A stretch of DNA of 64,000 nt from a virus: positions 32,001 through 96,000 of IMG/VR virus record IMGVR_UViG_3300035698_007036. One strand, 5' to 3'. The position numbers were made by a program, and so were the translations under genes. Position 1 is the first letter of the stretch. Every line of letters starts with the position of its first letter. Shown here piece by piece: positions 12,401 to 24,400 of the stretch. Below the pieces are notes generated by a model. The model was not told where the DNA came from and searched no databases. It was given only the letters and a program-made list of their open reading frames with translations.

Positions 12401-15400
12401 AGTTTCAGCCGTTTTCGTTGCCCTTAAAGCTATGCATGAACAAGCCATATTAGCTCAACAAGACGAAGGAATAGATTTTGAGATGGACGTCTCTAAATTG
12501 CCAGAGTCACTTGGTGGCCTTATAGATAAGGTGTCGCAAGTGGGCCCAGATTTTGGTGAGTATGTCTCAAAGGTCAACGAGCTTATAGATACTGGTGAAT
12601 TAAAACAATATGAGATAAACAAGTCTTATAAAATATATAGAATAGCTATGGGAAATTTCTATATTAAAAGAGCTGAAGCTGCTAAGAAGCAGATGGAAGA
12701 GCTTTACACTCAAGAAAAGAACACTGGGGAGCCAGCAGGTTCAAAGCAAGCTTATGATAGGTATAGAGCTATAGTAGAGGGTCTTCAGAAAAGGATCCAA
12801 GGTACTATAGGACAAAGAACAGACATTTATACTAAAGATAGAAGGTACTTTAGTCCTCAGTTAGCTAAAGAAGCTGGGACATACCTTACTCCAAAAGACA
12901 TTATGGATAAGTCTTCAGGACCTTTGGGCAGTAATGACAAACTTAAAGGTATGTTTGAAAGCATAATATTTGACATAGATAAGAAAGGTAGTAAGGGGAT
13001 AGATAAGGGAAGAAATATGGCCCGTTCCCCTGTAGAAAAAGTAAGAGAAGCCTTCAAAATGATGAGTAAACCTAAAGACAAAGAAGGTAAGGAATTAGAT
13101 ATAGATCTAGTCTCTCTTTTAAGAGACGGGGAAAGAATGAAAAGAGTAGGATCGGATCTTAAAGAAGATTGGGATTTTGCTGGGGTAGTAGATAATATAT
13201 CTAGGCTCAGAGCAGCCCTACAGATGTTTGTAAAGAACAACATAAGTGAAGATTTTAAGATTAATGAGCAACAGAATTTAAATGAGGTCATAAAACTTCT
13301 TAAGACTTTAGAAAACAATTATGTGAAGTTTGGTAAGAGTATAGGTAAGAGTAAAAAAGAATGGGGCGATATGGGGCTGGTCAAGGTACCGCCAATTCTT
13401 GCCCCTGTAGATCAAGAGTCTATGCATGAGAGAAATCTACAGCAAACTCGTAAATATTTTAAAAGAACAGAAGGTGAAGGTGGTGCTAAAATAGGCGAGC
13501 GTTTTACTTATCCAGTTAAAGTACTTGGCGAAGCTGGTCAGCAAATAAAAAATCAACAAATACATTTTTATAAATACGGTGAAGCTATAGATTATGCTGG
13601 TGATAAGCTTGGTCTATTTAAAGAAAAACAAGAAGATGTAATGAAGTTTATACAAGGTGGCAATAGGACTATGGGCTCTGCCATTATGCGTGCTGTTAGA
13701 TGGGGTGCAGCTTCTTCTATAGTGTATGGCGGATGGCAGAAGGTAATGGACTCCATAGATATGATGTCCGACGTTGAGACAGAGATAGCACAATTGAGAA
13801 TGGTGATGAGTCCACTTGAAACTGATTTTGATGCTATGGGCAAGTCCGCGTTTGGTTTCGCTAAACAATATGGAGTGCCTGTTAAAAGTGTTCTAAAATC
13901 TATGAAGGTGTTCGCTCAACAGGGTTTGAGTCAATCAGATGTTATTGAAAGAACACAGACTTCTACATTAGCATCAAATGTTACTACTCTTGAGGCTAAG
14001 GATGCTACTGAAGCTTTAACTGCCACTATGAAAGTCTTTAGAAATGAGATAGGCTCTTCTGCTCATGCCCTTGACGCTTGGAGTGAGGTTGAAGCTAAAC
14101 ACGCTATTACTGCTGGTGATATGGCTGATGCTATTAAGAAATCAGCATCGGCTGGTAAGAACGCTGGTTTTACGTTTGATCAGTTAAATGGTATTATCGC
14201 TTCTATAGGTTCTACCACAAGACAGACTGGTAAAGAGGTAGGCACCTCCCTAAGATTTATATTCAGACGTCTAGCCTCTGAAAAAGGACCTAAAGAGTTA
14301 GCAAAATTAGGCATCCCAGTACTTGAAAATTCTGGAGAATTGAGGAAAGGTTTTGACATACTAGATGATCTATCTTCTCAATGGGACGGGTTAACCAGAG
14401 CTCAGAAAATGAATGTTGCTCAAGCAGTCGGTGGTACTAGACAGTATAACCAACTACTTGTTTTAATGGATAATTGGGACGAAGCTCTGTCAGCTATAGA
14501 GGATAGTACTAACTCTAAGGGGTCGGCTGAGAGAAGAAACCTTGAGTTAATGAAGACTTACAGTAAGCAGGTTGAACAGGTTAAAGCAGCAGCATCCGAA
14601 GCAGGTGTTTCTTTGGGCAAATTAGTATTACCTACATTTAAAGCCGGGCTTACTGGCCTCAAGGGTTTTTTAGAATTTGTTAACAATATACCATCAGGTA
14701 TAAAATTGACCACCGCTGCTTTATCTGGCCTAATAATTTACTTTGCCAAGGGTGCTGATGCTATACAAGGGTTTCTTGAATACTTTAGAGGCGGTAAATC
14801 CATTATATCAGACTTCGGACGCTCCCTTTCAGACGAATGGAAGTTAACTCAATCTGAGGTTTTTGGTTCTGGGGAATTTGCCAGCTATGACGCCACTCTA
14901 AATGTAAAGAAGGTCAAAGTAAAAGATTTAATAGACTTTAAATCCATGGGCAATATCGATCCTGAGTCTACAAAGGATTTACTGGGGTCTAACATGGGAG
15001 ACTTTCATTCCTCAGTAGGTAAGTCTCTGTTCCTTTTGAAATCAGTTGCTACGGAATACAACAAGTGGTTAGCTGAAAGCTTTAAAGATACCAGTGATAC
15101 TGCTGATAAATATTTAGGAAAACCATTACAAAGAGCCGGACAAGTTGCTGATAAAGCCGGTCGTTCCCTGATCTCATCAGGACTTAAGTCCATTGATAAG
15201 GGTGGTACATTTGGTGCAATAACTGGTGCTGCTACAGGGGCATTGGGTGCAGGAGCTTCTGCTATAGGCAAGTCGTCCGAATTTGCTGGCGAGTTAGAAC
15301 AGACAATAACAAAGAAATTTGGTAGGCCCGCTGGTAGAATGTTCAATGAGATGGCCCAAAATTCTAAGGGGTTTTTAAGTGTAATAACGCCGTTAGCTGT

Positions 15401-18400
15401 CTCTTTGACAGCTGCCGGTGGTGCTGCTTACGTAATGTATAAACACTATAAAAATCTAGCAATGTCAGCACAAGATTATGAGAAGTCTATTTACGGTATA
15501 AGAAGGGCTAATGAGAGTGAATTAAAGACCGTAAAAAGTAGGATCAATGAGTATTCTAAACTTGAGAGGTCTATAGAGAAAGCATCACAGGTTACCGCTC
15601 CAGGAGTTAAAAAGAAGAGACAAGGGTTAGAAACTTATGAAAGTCCTCTAACAACTATGGCTGGAGTAATTTCTGATGTTAGGGATTTCTCTAATAGGTT
15701 AGGAGATACCAATACAGAATTAGTAGCAGGATATGATAAATTTGGTAATGCTGTAATAAGAACTTCTAACAATTTAAAAGAATATCTTAAAGTCCTAGAA
15801 TCCACTGCCCGTAAGGACATGGCCAAGGTGGAGATAGATGTAGCAGCCAGATTTGTCACCGATCTTACGAAGACTGGCGGCACTGAAAAATGGAAAGAGG
15901 AACTTAAAGCCCTTGCTTCTGAAATTCCAGTAATTGGTGAAATGGTGGCAAGTGGTATAAGTGTAGGTCCAGCTAAAGCATTAGAAACCATAACTGGTAA
16001 ACTGAATGACCTTATAGTACTTAAGAATAAATTTCCTATGTCCAATGCTTTCGATAAGGACATTAAGAAATACCAAGAGCAATTGTCTAAAGTAAGATCC
16101 TCCTTTAGTGCTACTTACGAAGACTTTAAAAGAGTTCTTGCTGGGATATCTACGGAAGGCATGTCTCGTGATGATGTATCTAAAATATTCAGTTCCCCTG
16201 AAATTCGCAAGGGTTACGAGCTAATGATAGACATTGAACCGAGATTCCAATTAAACGCTGTCAAGGGTAAAATAAAACCAGAAGATATAATAGGTTCTGA
16301 TGTACTAAGTAGAACTCTTAACTTCGATTTTGATGTAACTAAGGAACTTACTAAGGCCCGTCTAGAATCATCCTCTGTAATGCAGAGAGAGGGTAAAGCG
16401 TTGTCCGGGGACATATTACTCTTTATGGACGATGTAGCTAGTAAATACAATATGGCAGGAAGCCAAGCACAGATTTCACTTAAGGAAACAACCGATGGGG
16501 TTTTTGAATGGTTTGTTACATACTTCAATACTAAAACATTACGTGTAGAAGAACGCCCATTTGAAGGTGCCATGATGGATATGGTTGAAAACATTTTTCC
16601 TAAAAATAAAATTGAAGATGAACTTAGTGAAAGAATAGATTCTCTTAATGAATTTATGGCAGGGGCGTCTGCTGGATTAAGAGGTGTTAATCCAAAAGAT
16701 TTTAAGAAGGATTTTAATTTAGGTGAGCGTTTCTTCAGTGAGGTTCCTACCACTACACTAATCCAATCCGACAAAGGCTTTACGCCAGGCGAAGGGTTTG
16801 GAGTCTCAGATTTCCAAAAAGATTGGCAGAAGTCTGCACAGGACTATTTCTTTACTCCAATGAAAGATTATAAAAATCAAGTAGAAGAACTTCAGAAGCT
16901 GAAATTAAGCGGCCTCGAAGAGGCTGGGTCAGTTAGCTTATCTAAAGAGCTATATGAAAATCTAACCAGTTTACAAAATGTTCTAAAGAACAATCAAGTA
17001 GTTTTACAGTACAGAGCTGTCTTTGCTGACCTTACTAAAACTATGGAGGCAGGGACACGTGCTCTTAAAGAAGAATTAGCAGTAGAGAAAAGTCGTCAGC
17101 AGATAAGTAAAGATACAGCCGGTTATATGAAAGGTATATCATCAGGCCTTGACAATATGGATTTGGGGTCTCAGAAGTATTCAGATTTATCCGATAAACA
17201 ACGTGCTTTAAGAAGTTCAGGTACTTATAGGGATTTGGCCTCCAGAGCTAGTGAGATCAATATAGAAAGACAGCAAACCGAAAAGGGTGTGTACGATACT
17301 GATCGTGCTTTAGTGGCGTTAGATAGTATCTCAGACGTTTCTAAAGGCTTTGGTGCGTCTATGACTGCCGAGGAGATGAAAAAATATGTCGATATTATAG
17401 CCAAGACAGATGATGCTGGGGCACAGTCTATTGCTATAGAAACCAGTAAGGTTGTAGACAATACCGCTGCTACGGTGGAGAGATTAGATAAGCTTATAGA
17501 AAATCAAGGTGGCGGAAGATCTACAGAAGACACCATAAAGAAAGCAATACCTTTCTTTACAGCTTCTTTTGATGATAATGACAACATTGCAAATACCATG
17601 GAAAATTTAGCCGAAATGCGAGATAGTGCAGCTGCTAAGGGTAATACAGCAGATGTTGTGTCCGCTAATAGGGCTTTAGATGTAGTGACAAAAGAATTAG
17701 TAGACAAAGTAGGATACGAAAAAGCTGGAAAAACTGTTAAAGGTGGAATACTTCCCTCGATATGGGATCCTATAAAGCAATTTAAACCAGAGGAATTTTC
17801 ACAGAGAGCTTTTGGTGGCATGTCCTTCGATGATTTTTCTACTCAAATTAAATCAGGTATGACAGAAGACCAAGCCAAGGTGTTTGATAATAGTAAAGCA
17901 GTTAAAGAGTTAGTATCTTTACAGGCTACTGCTGGAACAGAACCACTTATAGACTCTAAGAATTGGATTAAAACTACTGCTGCTCTAGGTGTTGGAGCTC
18001 AAGGATTTAAGAGCTACGCCACAAAAGAGTTAGAACAACTCAGAACACAGAAAACTGAGACTGTTAATGCCATCGAGACTAGATCTGCTGAAGGTAAAGA
18101 CGTGGCCCAATTTGAAGAAAAACTTACAACGCTAAACGATAAGATAGGTGGAGCTGAAAAACGAGAAGATTACTCTAATTTAGTAAAGAATACTGCTATT
18201 GTTTCTGCTGCCATAATGGAGCTCTCTAAAGCTACTGGTAGTACAGAAGGTACCATACAGACCCTAGGAGCTAGTGCAGTTGCTGCTGCTGTTGCCATGA
18301 AATCTTTATCAGCAATTACTGGTACTGATATGCCAGCGGAAATTAAAGCATCCGCTGATAAAATGGCAACAGCTGGAAAAGGTTTTATAGATAAAAACAG

Positions 18401-21400
18401 TGCCACACCAGTAGAAAAAGTTGAGTTCATGGTCAATAGTAAGAAGTTTATGGATGCTTTTAAGAAAGAAATGGAAACTCAAGGCTTCAACGTCAACGCA
18501 TCCCAATTTCCAGGATTTGCCGATGGCGGTGTTATGACCGGTAGTGGTATGGTCACAGGCCCTGGAGGCCCTACTGACGATAGAGTTCCTTATGTCAGAG
18601 CAGGTAAACATGTAGGAAATCTTTCGCCTAAAGAGTTTGTAATAAAAGAGGCATCAGCCAGAGGTAAGTATGCGGAGCTAAATCATCTTAATAAAACTGG
18701 CGAGTTTCCTGATAAGAAAAATAGTATGTGGGATAATATAAAGGAACGTCCCATTAGTTCAGCATTACTAGGCCTTAGCGGCTTGTCCGGTATGGCCGGT
18801 AATATGCTTAAGAATCCGGCATTATTGTTAGCCGGTATGGGAGGCATTGCCTCAGGTACTGCCGCCGCCGCTCTAGGTTACGCCGAAGGCGGTTCTCTTG
18901 ATGATGCCTTGTTTGACACTCAGTTTAAATTACGTGCTTTAAAAAAGAGTGTTCCTCATAGACTTAAGGGTTTAGGTGTTGATCCTTTAAACAGAGGCAA
19001 GGCCACTATGAAGAGTTTGGCTCTAGATGACAAATTATCTAATGCCTTATTTGACGCTCAGTCCAAAGCAAGAGGTCTTAAGTCCAGTATGCCTCATAGA
19101 TTAAAAGGGACAGGGCGTGAAGCTTTAGGCAGAAGTAAGTCAGCCATAGAGACTTTTAGACGTGGTTCTGATAAAATCCCGAACACTATGTTTGATGCCC
19201 AGTTCAAAGCAAGAGGCCTTAAGTCCAGTATACCGCACAAACTGAAAGGCATGGGTCTTGATGCCATGGCCAAGGCAGGCCAGTTTGGGGACAAAATCTC
19301 GGATGCCATGTTTGATGCCCAGTTCAAAGCAAGAGGCCTTAAGTCCAGTATACCGCACAAACTGAAAGGCATGGGTCTTGATGCCATGGCCAAGGCAGGC
19401 CAGTTTGGGGACAAAATCTCGGATACCATGTTTGATGCCCAGTTCAAAGCAAGAGGCCTTAAGTCCAGTATACCTTACGGTCTAAAAGGATTAGGTCGTG
19501 ATGCCTTAGGTCGAGGCAAATCAGCCGTAGAAGCCCTTAAATATGGGCCAACAGGTGAGAAGATTTCCGGGGCCTTGTTCGACGCCCGGTCAAAGGCTAG
19601 AGGTCTTAGTAAAGCCATGCCTCATAAGTTCAAAGGTCTAGGTGTAGACGCTCTTAAAGGTATAGCTAGCAAAGGGGCTGGTAAATTAGCTAAAGGATTC
19701 GGCATTAAAGCCGGATTGAAGTTGGCAGCTTCAGTAGGTTCTAAGTTTATTCCAGGCTTGAATGTGCTATCTTGGGGGGCTACTATATATGACGTAGTAA
19801 AAATGATGTCTAAAGCTAAGCCAGCGGTAGCTGCGGCAAAAGGATTGTCTCTCGGGGGATCTCCTGATAGTATAATGGCTATGGTCAGCCCCGGAGAGTG
19901 GATAGTTCCGGCTGACAAGGTTAGAGGTAATTTGTCCAAGTTAAAGCAATTAAATAAGACAGGTATGTTACCAGGATATGCTGACGGGGGCCTTGTCGGA
20001 GGTAATACTTCACCTGATGCCCCATCGTCATCTACCGAGCCTTCTACTATTAAAGTAGATTTAAGCGATAGTAGTTTAAAAGTCTTAAGAACAGCTGTAG
20101 GTGCTGGAGCCGCTGCTACAGGTGCCGGTTATTTAGCTAGTAAATCCGAAGCAAAAACTAGATTGGCTACCGCATCAAAAGAAGCGGAAGAGCAGTCAAG
20201 AGTGTTTGCTAAAGTAATAGAGGATAATAGTGAAGCGGCCCAAGGGGTAATAGATGGCATGAGAACTACCTCTGTTGAATCTAACAGGATAATTAACCCT
20301 GTTCCAACAGAAGAGCGATCTCGCGTTCTAGACACCGGGGCTGAGAAAGAAAAAGTAGCCTCTGATATGAAAAAGATCAGAGATCGTATAGTTAAAGAGC
20401 ATGAAAGACTTAATGATGAGATGGCTGAAATAGCCAAAGAAGCTTCAAAAATAGAAATAGCAGAACAATTTAAAAGAGAGAAAGAAAATTTAGACAGGAC
20501 TTTAAAAGAGATAGACCTTACTAGTGGTATAAGAGCAAATTTAGAGAAAGCTACCTATCAACAAGACCCCACTAGCTTTTTTTCACCACCTAAAAAATCG
20601 GATCTATTAAGCGGTTTTTACAGGCCTCAAACTACAGACTTTGGTGTAACGAGAGAGTCTGAGATGACTCCGGAACAATCTATGGTTTATAGAGAGATAT
20701 CATTGTTTCCCGGTAAGATGCGATCATTTTTTGAGGCCATTTCAGTAGGTGATAGCTCTATACAGAAAAAAATAAGGGCGTACGCTGGAGTGTCTGCCGG
20801 AGATGCTTTTAAGAAGCTTGATGATCTAAAAAATAAGAGACAACAAGTAAGTGATGTATCGACTGATGTTCAGAAGAGAAAAGCAGAACTGGAATCTAGG
20901 AAATCAGACGGACTTTCTAGTGCCGAGTCTGAAGAACTTGACAAGTTAAATGATTCTGCCGAAGAGTTACAAGATACTTTTACGGATCTTACTGGTGAAA
21001 TAGGTACTTTACAGGCCACTATAAAGAAAGCCATAACTACAGAAACCATAAGACTGGCAAATAGATCGACTGCCAGAGAGGATTTGGCCAGAGAAGGAAA
21101 ATTTGCTGATCGTAAATATGGGAGAACTGGGGCTGTTACAAAAGCAACTACAGGTTTTCCTGGAGAAGTATCAACTTCCCAGAGCTACAAAGAGTTGTCC
21201 GTTATGCAGCAGGTTTATTTAGACATGAGCAACAAGCAAAAGAAGGGCTATGATGCTTTCTATAGAGGTCTTGAAGAGATAGGTCATATGGAGTCCAATT
21301 TAGCTAATGCTCAAGGAGAAAAAGTAAAAGCCATAGAAGAAGGGGATACGGATGCTGTAGCTAAATACGGTGCACAAATATCAGACTTGAAAAATAAAAT

Positions 21401-24400
21401 GTCGAATGCTAGAGACGTTACACAGGAATACGGTAACGCTTTAAGGAAAATAGTTGATGTAAAAAATGTCATTAGGGAACTTAGTTCAGCTTTGGATCAG
21501 TTAAAGGTTTCCGATGCTATAAGAAATTTTCCAGGTACGAGAGAAATGAATGATAAATACTCTAAGCTTTATGGTGGTGGCCATCCAGGAGCTCGTACAG
21601 ATGTATCAGCCATGGAACAAAGAAATGCTGCTGAAGTAGGTATCAATTTAGAACATCTTAAATCTACACAGTATGAAAAACAATTAGCAGCTATTCTTCA
21701 TGATTTGAGCTCTGGCAATTTGTCTGGTGAGGCCTATAATCAAAAAGTAATGGAAGCCATGGATATTGTTACGACTAAGCCAGGTAGAGATGAGTCCAGT
21801 ATTAGACAGCGAGAAGAGAATGATGCCCTTAATAAGCAGAAGGATGTTTTCGTCAATTTAGTTTCAGCTTTAGAAAGATTGAAGCAATCTGGCCGATTTT
21901 CTGAAGGTGAGGTATATAATTTTAGCAAGGGTCAAGCTGCATTGACAGGTGTGATTACCAGGGCTGCTACCCCAGTAACTAAAGATGAGAGAATGACACA
22001 TGTTGAGAAGCAATATAATTGGTGGGAAAAGATACCTCTTTTTAGGGACCAATATATGGCCGATAGAAAAATTACAGAAGATGGTGGAGATAATCAGTAC
22101 ATAGGATACACTCAAAAAGATATGAAAGAAACGCAAGGACGCCTACAAGATGCCATGAAAGAAGTTCCAACCATGGATGTTATGCAAGCACGTGCTGGAA
22201 ATTCAGAGATTGTAGACGAACTTAAAAAGCAAACTACTTTAATGGAGAAAAAAGTTTTTGAAGAAAAACATAGTCTCATTAATAGTCTTTTGGGTTCATT
22301 GACTGTTGGTACACAGAAAAAAAGAGAAGGAGGCCGCATCTTTGGTGCTGGAGGTCCTACTGACGACAAGGTTCCTGCTTACTTAAGTCCTGGAGAGTAT
22401 GTAGTTAAAGCTAGTTCTGCTAAAAAGTTAGGCTACGCCACACTAGAAAACATAAATAGTACTGGGGATGTTCCTAAATTTGCAGAAGGTGGCTCTCCAG
22501 AGGAAAAACTTGCGGACAAAATTAAGCGTGCAAGAGCAGCCGAAAAAGAAAAGGCTCTTCCTTGGAATCAAAAAGGTAATGATAAAATTAAAGAGATTTA
22601 TACATTACCTATAAAAGATGAATCGGTTGTAGGTCTCGAAAGACTATTTTCTTCAGGGTTATCAAGCATCTATGAAACTTCCGCAAATGGGACCAAACTT
22701 GATCCTTATTTACCGGCTGGAATAACTCATGAGGAAGTCACTAATAGACAGACTTTTGAGGCTAATAGAGCAGTGGTGACAAAATTTACTAAAGCTGAAG
22801 ATGACAGACGACAATATGCGAAAAGAGCTAAAAATAAGAATAATATTGAGGATTGGAGAGATACTATCGAGCGTAGAATTCCAGGTGAATTGGCTGTATC
22901 TAACAAATTTTTAGATATACCTAGTGCTGGTTATGGCCAGTTTGGGGTAACAAAGGACCGTATTGGTACAGAAGTACAGATGCTTATTGATTATCAGAGA
23001 CAATTAGAAAAACTTAAAGAAAATAAAGATACTCTTGACAACGCTATAAAAAATAAATATGGCAAAGATGCTGGATTGGATCTCTCCACCAAGTTGTGGG
23101 GAGGTATTGATTCCAAAACTGAGGAACCTGTACCTGGTACTATAGCAGAACAAACAGCACGAATTGCTGTTGCGTTGAAGGGCTTTAAAGATGGCAATAT
23201 GGATTTTACTGATAAGGTTAATAGAAATTTGTTACAATCCATTGTAGAAACACAAAAACAAAATATAGCCCCAGCTGCCAAGTTTATGGATTCAGTTTCA
23301 AAGGGTAATAAATATAAAGACGTGTTTGGTGTCAATAAATGGAAAACATACGCGACCGTAAATCCGGCCCGTTTTAATGAAATAGATAAATTATTGGCCG
23401 AAGGGCACATTGACGAGGCAAAAAAAGAATTTGAAGTCTGGCAAAAAAAGTTTGAGAAAAATGGAGGGCCAAGTGCTGATGATATATCTAGTAAGTATTC
23501 CAAGAGAAATTATATAGGGGAGGACGAAGGGCAAGCTATACTTGATAGGATGAAAGAGATTGGGGGTTTAACCGGAGATCCTGAGAGCTACGGTAGAGAA
23601 AAATATGGACTTCGTAGAGTAGAGCCTAAGAAAAAGAAATCCTTATTTGATTTATTCGATCAACAATTTGTAGGGGCTCCGACATCTTCTAGAGTTTTTC
23701 ATGCTGGCGGTATTATGCCGTTTACGGGTAATGCGTTTTTACAGAAAGGCGAGGTAGTAATACCACAATCGTTTGGCGACGGTGGCCCTGTGGCATCTAG
23801 TGTTAAAGCTCTAATGTCTAGAGATTCTAATGAGCTTAAAGGCACTGCCACTGTCAAAATAGACGCCTCAGATTTCCAGAGAGCTGTTGATGATCTTACT
23901 TCCCATAAAATGGAATTAAGTAGGACTGAGGTTACAGTAAATACAGAAGGAGTCAAAATACCAGTCGATGCGGAAGGCATCACTGTAAAAGTTGATACTA
24001 CGGATGCTAGGGTAAAGGTTGACACTGAAGGTGCTTTTGTTAAGGTAGACACTACTGGTGCTATGGTAGGGGTTGATACTTCAGGGGAGAAAGTTGGTGT
24101 AGACACTACTGGTGCTATGGTAGGGGTTGATACTACCGGTGTGTTAGTTGGTGTTGATACTACCAATGCTACAATTAAAGTTGACACGACAGGTATTAGT
24201 GTCCCAGTAAATACCTCCGGTTCGAAGGTAGCGTTAGATGTTTCTGGTATTCAGGAAGCTGTTGAGACCGCTTTAAGAAACGCTAATGGGTCAAGTTCTG
24301 TTGGTGCTGAGGAAGTAGCTAGAGTGGCTGAAGCACTAGCTGATATCACTAATAGACTAGATTCTAAAATAGCCAATTTAGAAAACGATATGAGTAATGT

